Below, piece after piece: positions 18,400-27,512 of a DNA stretch of 53,524 nt. The DNA lies in IMG/VR virus record IMGVR_UViG_3300038365_000209, positions 1-53,524 of that record; one strand, 5' to 3'. Source of the DNA: a virus. Taxonomy: Duplodnaviria; Caudoviricetes. The translations under genes and the position numbers were made by a program. The notes under the pieces are model-generated. The model had not been told where the DNA came from, did no database searches, and worked only from the letters and a program-made list of their open reading frames with translations. The stretch's first letter is position 1, and each line of letters opens with the position of its first letter.

Positions 18400-18752
18400 G
18401 ATTCGCTTGCCATCCTTTCAAACACGATTTCCTCGACACGGTGCATGGGTAAGACCGAAGAAACTTTAAAATCGGCCCCAGCGCAGAGCGGGTCCGACGT
18501 TTCAGGCGGGTCCACATATACATAGCACCGGTCACCCTCCACGTATGGATCCCCGCCGATAAGCTGCTTTGCAATCAGGTTTTTGGTGTTGACCTCGCCG
18601 ACCGTTTGCAGCATCATTTCCGCGTCCAGCGTCCGGAAGTTCAGGTAGCGGATGACCGGGGCCTCAAAAGTTTCCATATTCTCCTGATATCCTTCGTCAT
18701 CCGGCGTCAAGCGGCGGCAGTAATAGAGAGGCTTTTTGTTGCGTTCAAGCAT
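18396..18752 (-). CDS. Head closure/adaptor protein
   Basis: LERNKKPLYY, ADFKVSSV; position. Confidence 0.6.
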   Translation of the reverse strand: MLERNKKPLYYCRRLTPDDEGYQENMETFEAPVIRYLNFRTLDAEMMLQTVGEVNTKNLIAKQLIGGDPYVEGDRCYVYVDPPETSDPLCAGADFKVSSVLPMHRVEEIVFERMASES

Positions 18753-19056
18753 CGCGTATCACTCCAAGCCTCGGAATTACTCCGGCCAGCCACGTAGGGG
18801 CCGTCTCATAGTTGATCTGTTCGCCGTTCTCACTGATGGACTGAGCGCCCTCGGTGCCGATCCGGGAGAGATAATAAACAGCCCCTTCAATCTGGTTCAT
18901 CTGGTACTGATCTTCCAGCGCGTCTGCTCCGCGCCGCTTCAGAATTTCGGAGGAAGCCCAGGACAGGGCGTAGTTGAGCAGATCGTCGTTATCCGCATAC
19001 CGCGACAAATCTGTATTCGCGGCAAGCAGGATTTTCAGAGTGTCAATCTGCGCCAT
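18745..19056 (-). CDS. Head-tail connector (gp6/gp15-like)
   Basis: SRIGTEGAQSISENG motif. Confidence 0.8.
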   Translation of the reverse strand: MAQIDTLKILLAANTDLSRYADNDDLLNYALSWASSEILKRRGADALEDQYQMNQIEGAVYYLSRIGTEGAQSISENGEQINYETAPTWLAGVIPRLGVIRDA

Positions 19057-19077
19057 ATCCTCGCCTCCAATGAGTTA

Positions 19078-20385
19078 TCAGACTTTCGCCGCGACCGTCG
19101 CTTCGCCAGCTTTGCGGGCGTGACCATCGGCGTTGATCTCGACAATAACGATCTTCTGTCCGGTCGTCGCCGTGATTTCGTCGGTGCCATTCCATGCGGT
19201 ATAGCCCTGCGAAATGAGCTGGTCGTAAACCGGCATCGTCGGATTGGCCGCCAGTTTATATTTATAGCTGTTACCACTGCCAAGCGCCGGAGAAACCGTA
19301 ATTGCGGTCTTGCCGGAAGCCGCACCCTCTGCAGACGTTACCGTCAGGATGCCAAGCGTATCCTGCGAAACCTTCGCAATGAACAAGCCCTGCGGATCAG
19401 GCAGCACCGGGATAAACAGGCCGGAAGCCTTTGTCCACACAGCCACCGGGTCCGGCGTCGCCCACTGGGTAATGGCGATGTACTGACGGGCGGATTTCGC
19501 GGTCCAGGGGCCCTGGGCCTCTTCTTCGGGCGTAACGCCCCAAAGGCCGGTGCCAATTGCGCCGTTCGCGCCGACGGTATAAAGGGAGAAGGTGTTGCGG
19601 TCGAAATACCGCTCGGACTTCTTTGCGCCGTCGCCGCTTTCATAGCTGTACACGGCGTCGTTTACGACGATGAAGAATCCAAACATCTCCTGCATCAGGG
19701 CGTTGATCTGCGTAAGGCCGGGCATGACGCCTTGCATGTAGATTCCGCCGATTGCTTTCTGGATCGCGGTGTTCTTCCGAATCTTCATCAGCACAGCAGA
19801 GGAAGTCTTTGCCCGTACCGGATTCTTTCCGATGCTGTGAGCATAATCGATCATTCCTTGAACGTCACCGAGAATATCGTGATCCGGGTCGTCCCAATCC
19901 AGCGTAAAGTGGTTGTCCTCCGGAACGCCGTAATCCACCTCGAAATCAAGACCGTTTTCATTGACGGTCATCTTACCTTTTGAGAGGACTTCCATCTTTG
20001 CAACCTCGGTGCGAGTCTTAACGTTCTCTGCCAGACGGCCGGCATCGTTAAAAATGTACTGAAGCAGGGATTCGGTCCCGGCGACTCCCTTGTTCTTCAA
20101 AAGCTGGACACGCTCGGTCTGATTGATTTTCTCCTTAATCAGGAGCTTTTCAATCGTGACCTTCTCGGCGGTCGGGCGCTTGCCGATATGGGCTTCCGTG
20201 TCGAACGCATGAACGAGAGCCGCGGTCGGAAGCTGGAGCGAATCCGACAGGCGGTAATATTCCGCTTCAAGGTACTGCGTTTTCACATCCGGAAATTCAC
20301 GGTCGCCGTCGTAGTTGCGGACGATGTTGAAGTTCTGCGAAAAGTCCAGCCGGTCTTTGTCGGTCAGAGCAGTTAAAATATCCAT
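19078..20385 (-). CDS. Major capsid protein (lambda gpE-like) with C-terminal Ig-like extension
   Basis: FDTEAHIGKR, VDYGVP, DPVAVWTKASGLFIP; then LTVTSAEG...YKYK beta domain. Confidence 0.88.
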   Translation of the reverse strand: MDILTALTDKDRLDFSQNFNIVRNYDGDREFPDVKTQYLEAEYYRLSDSLQLPTAALVHAFDTEAHIGKRPTAEKVTIEKLLIKEKINQTERVQLLKNKGVAGTESLLQYIFNDAGRLAENVKTRTEVAKMEVLSKGKMTVNENGLDFEVDYGVPEDNHFTLDWDDPDHDILGDVQGMIDYAHSIGKNPVRAKTSSAVLMKIRKNTAIQKAIGGIYMQGVMPGLTQINALMQEMFGFFIVVNDAVYSYESGDGAKKSERYFDRNTFSLYTVGANGAIGTGLWGVTPEEEAQGPWTAKSARQYIAITQWATPDPVAVWTKASGLFIPVLPDPQGLFIAKVSQDTLGILTVTSAEGAASGKTAITVSPALGSGNSYKYKLAANPTMPVYDQLISQGYTAWNGTDEITATTGQKIVIVEINADGHARKAGEATVAAKV

Positions 20386-20386
20386 G

Positions 20387-20737
20387 CTATCTCACCATCC
20401 CTGTTGCAGTTTCGATTCCTACACCGCCGTAACCGTTCGCTGCCATGGCGGTAACAGCCGCGGCAACCGGCGTAACCGGCAGACGGTTTCCGAGAACGTG
20501 GCCACCAACAATGACGGGGCCCTCATGATCCCCCGCCGTGACATCCACTGGCTCATAGAGAATCCCGATGGCCGTGTTGTCGTTCGCCGGGAAAACCGTG
20601 CCGGCCGGTACGATCTTTTTACTTCCGTCCTGAATCCCCATGGACTGGGGAAGCTGCTTCGTGACCGTTCTCAGCCCTACCGCGCTCGCAAGGAACGACG
20701 GCATTTGGCTGTAAGTTTCTGTATAAATATGGCTCAA
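20387..20737 (-). CDS. Head decoration protein
   Basis: KIVPAGTVFPAND.TAIGILYEPVDVT...RLP. Confidence 0.75.
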   Translation of the reverse strand: MSHIYTETYSQMPSFLASAVGLRTVTKQLPQSMGIQDGSKKIVPAGTVFPANDNTAIGILYEPVDVTAGDHEGPVIVGGHVLGNRLPVTPVAAAVTAMAANGYGGVGIETATGMVR

Positions 20738-20753
20738 TTTTTATCCCTCCGTT

Positions 20754-21335
20754 TTACTTGCCCTGCGCCGCGCCGGCCGCAGGATTCGCCGGGGCTGCGG
20801 CAAATTGCGCATTGTAAGCCTGCGCCATCTTCTCCCCGATACTCGGCTCGGTACCGCCCTGACCGCCTCCGGTTCCGCCGCCCTGCAGGCCGGGCGTGTC
20901 TTTCAAAAGCTGTTCTTTGATCTGGGCCTGAAGCTGTTTTTCATGCTCGGTCGCGTACTTCGTATGAGTCTCGGTGAACTTCTTCATGTCACCGTTTGCC
21001 ATTGCGTCCGCGAGGTCCACAGCCGTTTTTGCATCGTAGCCGCCGGCCAAAAACTGCTTTTCAAACTTCATCTGGTTGTTTTCCTTCTGAAGCGCGGCAA
21101 TCTGATCCTGAATTTCCTTCTGCGCTGCGGCAGCCGCCTCGTCGGTGGTCTGCTTCTCTTTGAGCTGCTTTTTCGCTTCCGCAAGGTCATGCGCCGTCTT
21201 GTCAAAATCTGTTTTTGGAACCGACGGAGCCAGCGTGGAAGGATCGACGAGGTTTTTGTCCTTCAGGAGAGCGTCGATATCGGGCAGCGTCATGTCGTCT
21301 TTGAAATTTTCGCCAAGCAAAGTTTTCAGGTCCAT
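20754..21335 (-). CDS. Scaffolding protein
   Basis: Helical, MDLKTLLG start after GAAAGGA RBS, between portal and capsid. Confidence 0.75.
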   Translation of the reverse strand: MDLKTLLGENFKDDMTLPDIDALLKDKNLVDPSTLAPSVPKTDFDKTAHDLAEAKKQLKEKQTTDEAAAAAQKEIQDQIAALQKENNQMKFEKQFLAGGYDAKTAVDLADAMANGDMKKFTETHTKYATEHEKQLQAQIKEQLLKDTPGLQGGGTGGGQGGTEPSIGEKMAQAYNAQFAAAPANPAAGAAQGK

Positions 21336-21364
21336 AGATTTTTTCTTCCTTTCGCGATTGTTGA

Positions 21365-21437
21365 GGCGGTTCTCTCCGCCATTTTGCATTTTTACGACTT
21401 CTTTGTCGTTTGCGCTTTTATCGTGTATCTCCACACG
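21365..21437 (-). repeat. Three tandem 5-bp-stem hairpins with RRAGAW loops in scaffold leader
   Basis: CGTGT-GGAGAT-ACACG, ACGAC-AAAGAA-GTCGT, GGCGG-AGAGAA-CCGCC at 28-29 nt spacing. Confidence 0.7.
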
Positions 21438-21451
21438 CCCGCATCTGCGGG

Positions 21452-21591
21452 AAAATAAAAAGAGGCCGAACCGTCAGGAAACTCCTGACAACTCGGCCTC
21501 ATAGGGCTCATCGCGTTGGTATTTACTTTTTGTATAACTGTTTAAATTAATTCTATACCATGAGTATATTATTGATTTGCGGCTTTGTCAA
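21452..21591 (-). promoter_or_regulatory. Late control unit B: promoter + tandem boxes + terminator
   Basis: TTGACA (21591-21586)-17-TATACT (21568-21563); TGAGCCC-ta-TGAGGCC (21510-21495) entering GAGGCCGA stem with TTTTTATTTT tail. Confidence 0.7.
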
Positions 21592-23071
21592 GCGGTTGGT
21601 TGCTGTTTTGCAGATTATTATCGTTTTGCTGGCTGTTTGGATCGCCGCCGTCAGGATTTTCAGGCTGCTTTGTTGCGGCCTCGGCCTGCCTGCGCTTCTT
21701 TGCGGCCACCCAGCGCGCCGCAAGGCCCTGAACGTCCTCGGTGATGCCCATGTGCTCCACGGTGTCCGTTTCGTCAAAGCCCATATCGTCCATCCCCTGA
21801 CCGGCCTGCACCTTCGTCTGAAGATTTTCGTCCTTGTTGCGTGGGATTTTGATGCCGATGTCTAGGGGCGTGATCTCGCCGGATATGTACTTCGGGGAAA
21901 GGATGTTCAGCACGATTTTCAGAAAGCGGCGCTCCGACATTTCCGTGTACATTGCTTTCGTTTTCGCCACGGTGTCGATTTCGCGCCAGCCGTTCTTCGC
22001 GTTGATTGCTTCGCCCGTGTCCCCGCCGCCGGAGCTGTTGCGGTCCGGGATGCCGAGAGACATGCGAAGCGCGTCCTCGAAATATGCCCGCAGGAGGTTG
22101 ACGGAATTGCCGTCGATCTGCGCGGTAATGAATTTCGCGTCCTGATTGATGCCGGGAGCGCCCTTGAAAACGAGAATCTGGTTTTTCTTTGCAGACGCAA
22201 TATCCGCCGTATCAGGGTCCACTCCAAAGAGTGCGAGATAAGACTTGACGCACTGCTCCACGTCGTTCACGCTGTCGGAGGCGATGTCATTGATCGCGTC
22301 GAAAAGGCTGATCGCAAGCTCCCAGTCCCCGAGGCGAAATTCGTTGTTGGGGTACTCGATGATCGGAATATCGCCCAAAATATGCGGTTTCTCCGAAACA
22401 AAATCGGTCGGCTGCACGCTGCGGTTTGAGGAAGAATTGTAGGTGAATTTCTCGTAGGCCGTATAAATCTGATGAATGTAGCGTTCCTCTCCGTCCGGCT
22501 TTTTCACTTTGAAGCAGTTCCACGCATAGACCGGCCGGTTGCCGTTGTAAGCGGAGTAGGCGACGAACGTATTGAAAATATCCATTGCATAGATTTCAAG
22601 GGGAGATTCATCAAACTGCACCGTGTCGGGCAGCACGGCGCGGTAATGCGTTCCGAAGATGGATTGTTCGTCCGCCATGATTTTGTCGAAAGCGATCTTG
22701 TTCTCTGCTCGGAGGAAGCGGTTGATCGTTTCCACGTCCTTCAGGTAGTCCATTTTGTTCTGGACGAGGATAATCCCGTTCGGATAGGTGTATCCTACAA
22801 TGTCCCGCGTGAAAGCGTTCGGGTACGGGATTCCCACCATGTTGTTGACAAGGCGGTCCTCGCCAGACCGGAGGAAAATTTTCTGCTTGTTCCTGTAGAT
22901 GTCAAGCAGCTTGTGTTCTTCTGCGCTGTTTTTCGCATGGATCATCAGGGCATCGTTCAGCTCGCCCGGAAGGGTGTTCCGATCGAGCGTCGAGCCGATA
23001 AAGCCCGGCTGCTGCATCTGCACCGGCAGGCATGATGTCGTGATCTTTCGGCGGCCGTGAAGTAATTCCAT
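21569..23071 (-). CDS. Portal protein (SPP1 gp6-like)
   Basis: IPIIEYPNNEFRLGDWE.AISLFDAIN..ASDSVNDVEQ. Confidence 0.92.
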   Translation of the reverse strand: MELLHGRRKITTSCLPVQMQQPGFIGSTLDRNTLPGELNDALMIHAKNSAEEHKLLDIYRNKQKIFLRSGEDRLVNNMVGIPYPNAFTRDIVGYTYPNGIILVQNKMDYLKDVETINRFLRAENKIAFDKIMADEQSIFGTHYRAVLPDTVQFDESPLEIYAMDIFNTFVAYSAYNGNRPVYAWNCFKVKKPDGEERYIHQIYTAYEKFTYNSSSNRSVQPTDFVSEKPHILGDIPIIEYPNNEFRLGDWELAISLFDAINDIASDSVNDVEQCVKSYLALFGVDPDTADIASAKKNQILVFKGAPGINQDAKFITAQIDGNSVNLLRAYFEDALRMSLGIPDRNSSGGGDTGEAINAKNGWREIDTVAKTKAMYTEMSERRFLKIVLNILSPKYISGEITPLDIGIKIPRNKDENLQTKVQAGQGMDDMGFDETDTVEHMGITEDVQGLAARWVAAKKRRQAEAATKQPENPDGGDPNSQQNDNNLQNSNQPLDKAANQ

Positions 23072-23085
23072 AAATTATCCCTCCA

Positions 23086-24927
23086 TCAAAACAAGGCCGA
23101 GCGCGGCAAGGTGAGCAGTGCCGGTCCGTTCCCGCTTTCAAGTACATTCGTAACGAGCGAAGCCGTTGCGTCAGCGGCGTCGTCCTTCTGCCGGCCCTGA
23201 TATTTCGCACTCTGGTTGAACTTCGTAAGATGTTCAATGTATTTGTTATACATTTTCCCGCCGTCCGGAAGCTTTTTCCGAGCTATCCGGGAAAGGAAAT
23301 GGAGCCGCACCCCGTTTTCTCCTTCTTCTTCCGGAATAATGCCTTTGATTTCGCTCTGGCAGGCGAGAATTCTGCTGAGCTTGCTCTTTGTGGAAGGCGC
23401 TTTTATTGAAGTGATATTGCAGCGATAATTTCGTTTCCGCAACTCGGAATCCACCTTGTCGGAATACTCTTTTCCGCCGTTGTCGGCCTCCATGAAGCCC
23501 TTGACGCAGTGATAGCTTGTAATCTTCTCAATTACCATTGGGCGGGTTGTCTCTTTCGGAGCGTTTATGTGAATCACGTCCACAATGTAAGCATCCTGTC
23601 CGTATTGCTTTGCAATCGGCATTGAGAAGAAGTCCCCGCCGCCCCATGCAATATCCGCCGCGAAACAAACAAGGTCCGGTTCGCCCGCCGGGAGCTGATC
23701 CGCATCGAATTTCAGGCTGCTTTCCTCGAAAACGAGTCCCTGCCGCTCTAGGCCATTCTGCTGAATCAACGCCTGAAAGTCGTAAGGGTCCATCAGGGCC
23801 TTGTCCTGCTGAAACATCTCGTCGGTATAAGCGAGCTTCCCATAATATCCTGAAAAATTGCTCTTTCCGGTTTCCTCGTTGCCTCCGGGGATGCGAATTT
23901 CCGTCAGCCGGTCCGGATAATGCTCTTTGAAAAATTCGATGATCTGGCTCATGGGATCGTCGCTTGCAAAAATAGTCCCGATGAAAAGCAGGTTGCATCC
24001 GCCCTGCATACGTTTCAGGACATCGGACTTCAGCCGGTTTGTTTTCTTCTCCATCAGGTCCGGGTTGCTGCTTTCAGCGGTATCTTTCACAACGTCGTCG
24101 ATGTAGAGCGTCCCACGGGCGCGGGTGCGGCCGGTGATGGAGCTATCAAATCCGACGCAGTAAAGGGTAGATTCGGAATGAAGAGCTTTCTTTCCGTCGT
24201 TGCGGTAATCCAGTGTCAGGGTATCAGCATTGGAATAGACCTGCCGGATGGCCGGAAAACTCTCCTGATATTCGTCGCTCTCGATGATCGTATTCACGCC
24301 GGTGAAGAATTTGTCCTTTGCAATGGACGCGGCATAGGAAAGCATCATGTTCGGCAAATTCGGATTTCCGCCAATCTGCCATGCCATATACCGCTTCCCG
24401 CACTCGGTTTTCCCCATCCCTTGCGGCATCGAAAGGGTCAAAATGTGCCTTTTCTGCTGGGAAAACCATTGTAGCTTCTCCGCAATCGGGCCGAGAACGG
24501 AAATGCGGGGAGTGTAGAACTTTTCTTCCATGTTGACAATCTGTCGGCCATTCTCGTCTACGGAAATGCCCTGGTTCCACTCTAGGCAGAGCAGAAAGTG
24601 ATGAAAGCTGTAGGGCGCGAGTAACACATGGGCCTTATGAAAGTGGTAATTGACTGCGCTGGCCCGCTTCGGGTCGATGCCGATCAACTGTTTGGACGAG
24701 CTTTTCGCCATGTCGATCAGTTCCCGACACGTCGCGCACATCATGTCCGTGTCGCCGATGGTCTTGTAGGATTCCGCGAGCTTCCCCATGATGACGGACC
24801 GTTTGTAAATCTCCATGCGGGAATTGCCGAGCCGATGGGAGAGCTCCTGAATGTCCTTCTCCGCCTGCTGCTTTTTGAGGGAGAGAGTGACCGCCGAATC
24901 AGGCCGGATTGCCTGTCTTTTGTTCAT
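23086..24927 (-). CDS. terL: Terminase large subunit
   Basis: LSMPQGMGKT Walker A, ITGRTRA..LYIDD, DIAWGGGDF, KDDAADA. Confidence 0.9.
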   Translation of the reverse strand: MNKRQAIRPDSAVTLSLKKQQAEKDIQELSHRLGNSRMEIYKRSVIMGKLAESYKTIGDTDMMCATCRELIDMAKSSSKQLIGIDPKRASAVNYHFHKAHVLLAPYSFHHFLLCLEWNQGISVDENGRQIVNMEEKFYTPRISVLGPIAEKLQWFSQQKRHILTLSMPQGMGKTECGKRYMAWQIGGNPNLPNMMLSYAASIAKDKFFTGVNTIIESDEYQESFPAIRQVYSNADTLTLDYRNDGKKALHSESTLYCVGFDSSITGRTRARGTLYIDDVVKDTAESSNPDLMEKKTNRLKSDVLKRMQGGCNLLFIGTIFASDDPMSQIIEFFKEHYPDRLTEIRIPGGNEETGKSNFSGYYGKLAYTDEMFQQDKALMDPYDFQALIQQNGLERQGLVFEESSLKFDADQLPAGEPDLVCFAADIAWGGGDFFSMPIAKQYGQDAYIVDVIHINAPKETTRPMVIEKITSYHCVKGFMEADNGGKEYSDKVDSELRKRNYRCNITSIKAPSTKSKLSRILACQSEIKGIIPEEEGENGVRLHFLSRIARKKLPDGGKMYNKYIEHLTKFNQSAKYQGRQKDDAADATASLVTNVLESGNGPALLTLPRSALF

Positions 24928-25475
24928 ACGGCCCTCGCCCCGGTTCCTTCCCGGAGGGCAACATCTCTACAAGCGTCGCGGACATGCCTCGTTATATACA
25001 TAATCCATCTAATTGAACGGTTGTGATCCTTTGCGATCTGCTTAAGTGTTTTCCCGCTTGTCCATTCAACAAATACTGCCTTTTGCTCTTCCTTTACTTT
25101 TGCTTTTTTTAGGCACTCGCGGGCAAAAATCGCATCTTCCGAATTTTCCATATCGAAATCATCAGATGGAAGAAAGTCCGCGAGGGTTCTATCTTCATCA
25201 TAAATTGGAGCGTCAATACTGATTCTCGGCCTCAAATAATGGCTATCTGTCCTTTTCCAATAGCCTAATTCATTCCTTATTGCCTGAATGGCATAAGAGG
25301 CAAATGTCGCTCCCTTTTCGGGGTCGTACTTTGCCGCAGCCTTGCACAAGCCTATGGCCGCAAGGTCATAAAAATCATCAACAGGATAATGGAACCTCTT
25401 CAGAGCGAAGAATATAAGCTTTTGATTATCCTCGACGAGCTTCTTCTGTTCGGCTGTCAGCATCATACTCACCAC
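24924..25475 (-). CDS. Phage sigma-70-family sigma factor (region 2 + HTH)
   Basis: DFYDLAAIGLCKAAAKYDPEKGATFASYA...IRNE; ISIDAPI; TLKQIAK. Confidence 0.85.
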   Translation of the reverse strand: MVSMMLTAEQKKLVEDNQKLIFFALKRFHYPVDDFYDLAAIGLCKAAAKYDPEKGATFASYAIQAIRNELGYWKRTDSHYLRPRISIDAPIYDEDRTLADFLPSDDFDMENSEDAIFARECLKKAKVKEEQKAVFVEWTSGKTLKQIAKDHNRSIRWIMYITRHVRDACRDVALREGTGARAV

Positions 25476-25741
25476 GCAATTCTGTTTGGTGTCAGTGCCC
25501 CGTTTCGGACGGGCAAGCCCCGGCCGCTGCCGTGCTCGCTGGCATATCTGCGCCGCCCTGTCATAAGCGGCGCATCAAAAAAGGGAGGAACCCGATACAT
25601 ATCGCCTCGGCGCCGGGCGATTGAAGCTATTCAGCGGTTCGCGCGCCGCTTAACAGCATATTTCGCGCCCTGTCCACCCAAAACAGGGCGCGTATATAGA
25701 AAGGAGGGACGCTACACGTCCTTGATCGGTATAAGCTTGAT

Positions 25742-25837
25742 AAAATAAAAACGCCGGCAACCGCAAATGCGGAAGCCGGCGTCATGCGCTCACAAAGCTA
25801 TCTGGTTATATTATACAATGAGTTGTAGACTTGTCAA
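25742..25837 (-). promoter_or_regulatory. Late control unit C: promoter + tandem boxes + terminator
   Basis: TTGACA (25837-25832)-16-TATAAT (25815-25810); TGAGCGC-a-TGACGCC (25792-25778) entering ACGCCGGC stem with TTTTATTTT tail. Confidence 0.7.
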
Positions 25838-25877
25838 GCGGATTATACAAGAAGGAATTATGTAAGCAATAAAGAAT

Positions 25878-26315
25878 TTACTGATTATCTTGCGAATCAG
25901 TTTTCTCGCTGTTCTTCAGCATTTCGGCAACGTTCATAGCAGGCAGTAGCAACGGAGAAATATTAGCATTTAAAGTCACAATGGAAATTATGCTTCGCAA
26001 ATACGGGAACAATATTGCAACAGCGTTTTCTTGAATTAATGCCTTGTTTTTTTCTTCCCCGCCCAGCGTAAAATGTCCAGACAAAGCAACTTTTAGTTCA
26101 AATGGTGAATCAGAAGTGGTTTTGTGGCTTATTTCAAAGGACAATTTAACAATATATTTTGACTGATTCTTACGGTTTTCCAATACTTCTTTTGATAAAA
26201 CCGGATTTAAACAAATTTCTTTTCCGTTATTAGCATTAAAAGAGTGATTGATTTTAAAGGATATCTCATCAACGGCATATCCGTCGAAGGACAAAGAGCT
26301 TTTGATCACTTGCAT
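25878..26315 (-). CDS. SecB-like chaperone of a TAC system
   Basis: PFELKVALSGHF...NAVAILFPYLRSIISIVT...PLLLPAMN. Confidence 0.88.
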   Translation of the reverse strand: MQVIKSSLSFDGYAVDEISFKINHSFNANNGKEICLNPVLSKEVLENRKNQSKYIVKLSFEISHKTTSDSPFELKVALSGHFTLGGEEKNKALIQENAVAILFPYLRSIISIVTLNANISPLLLPAMNVAEMLKNSEKTDSQDNQ

Positions 26316-26920
26316 TTTGTCACCTCATTAATTGGTAAAATCGGGTCATTCGGATAATAAATTATATTGCTCGAAGAGCATCCGGTTCCTGCCGTGGCGT
26401 TAATATCACGTTCCTTGTACTCAATCATGAAACGGATCTTATTTCGAGTTGTTGTTTCATGGCCAAACTTTTCCAGTCGCTTTTCCACATCCTCCAGTTC
26501 TCGATCAGTAACTTCTGCCTTTTTACGGTCCCAAATTTTTTTGAAATTAGAAGGATCATCCATCAACATTATCAAATAGTTTTGTGCCATATCTGGTAAT
26601 GAGCCATTCTCATATCTGGTAATGGTCTTTTCTCCCAATCCGAGGACTTTGGCAAAAGTCTTCTGCGAAAGTCCATATTTTTTACGTATTTTTTTAATTT
26701 GAGCGGGAGAGAGTAGCCCTTTTATTTTGCGATATTTTGTATACGCTTTTAACAGATTCCGATTGTCAGCCTGATCATCCCAAAGTTCAAATCCACATTC
26801 ATTGCAATAATGTACCTTCGAGGTAATTTCGATAGGAATGTCCTTTACTTCGATCGTCTCTTTTTTGTCTTTAATAGTTGTCTCGACTTCTTTTCCACAC
26901 TTTAAGCAAAATTTCATCAT
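26306..26920 (-). CDS. mqsA: MqsA-like antitoxin (Zn finger + HTH) with C-terminal extension
   Basis: CLKC...CNECG, LLSPAQIKKIRKKYGLSQKTFAKVLGLGEKTITRYENG; extra C-terminal tail. Confidence 0.88.
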   Translation of the reverse strand: MMKFCLKCGKEVETTIKDKKETIEVKDIPIEITSKVHYCNECGFELWDDQADNRNLLKAYTKYRKIKGLLSPAQIKKIRKKYGLSQKTFAKVLGLGEKTITRYENGSLPDMAQNYLIMLMDDPSNFKKIWDRKKAEVTDRELEDVEKRLEKFGHETTTRNKIRFMIEYKERDINATAGTGCSSSNIIYYPNDPILPINEVTKCK

Positions 26921-26998
26921 TCAAGTTCCTCCTGTTCTTCTTTAAACCGCTAATCTCCCTTTCATAAAAAATAAATATATAAGCAAAGCAGAGCAGAG

Positions 26999-27331
26999 CT
27001 ACATAAAATCAATGTGAAAACTTACAACTTTAACCTGTTTTTGATATTGATATAAAACCTTAAATTTTATGTAAATAATATTGTTTTCAACTTTCTTTTT
27101 AAAAAACCAAAATTTATCTGAAGAAGGATCGTCCCGGTCATCTTCCGGCCCTTTTATATAATTGCTTCTAGTCAATGTATATATTTCATCTTTAACATCG
27201 GTCCATGTCAGTCCAAGCTTTGCCAAAGTTTTGAAGTTCTTATATCTATCAACCGGGATAAATAGTCCAGCGTCAATTGCTTTTCGCATATCACATAATA
27301 TTTGGTTTACTGCTTCTTCGTTACTCCGCAT
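26999..27331 (-). CDS. mqsR: MqsR-like (RelE-fold) toxin
   Basis: KNFKTLAKLGLT...NYIKGPEDDRD...WFFKK...IYIKFK...VVSFH. Confidence 0.8.
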   Translation of the reverse strand: MRSNEEAVNQILCDMRKAIDAGLFIPVDRYKNFKTLAKLGLTWTDVKDEIYTLTRSNYIKGPEDDRDDPSSDKFWFFKKKVENNIIYIKFKVLYQYQKQVKVVSFHIDFM

Positions 27332-27512
27332 ATATTCACCGCCTAACAGTATCATATGATACCTTCTGTAAAAATAGAATAGACCATTTTCGCATGTAAG
27401 TCAACCTCCTACGCCAAAATTTATTTTAAACATTTTTATTCGCATTTATACACCGCTTTTAGGCCGTTCCTTTCAAAATTTACACTGTTTTCAGATTGTA
27501 CCATGTGCGGGC

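Noticed and set aside
25487-25544. Bona fide tRNA gene
   Set aside because: Too short and lacks a GTTC T-loop; kept only as a tRNA-like element
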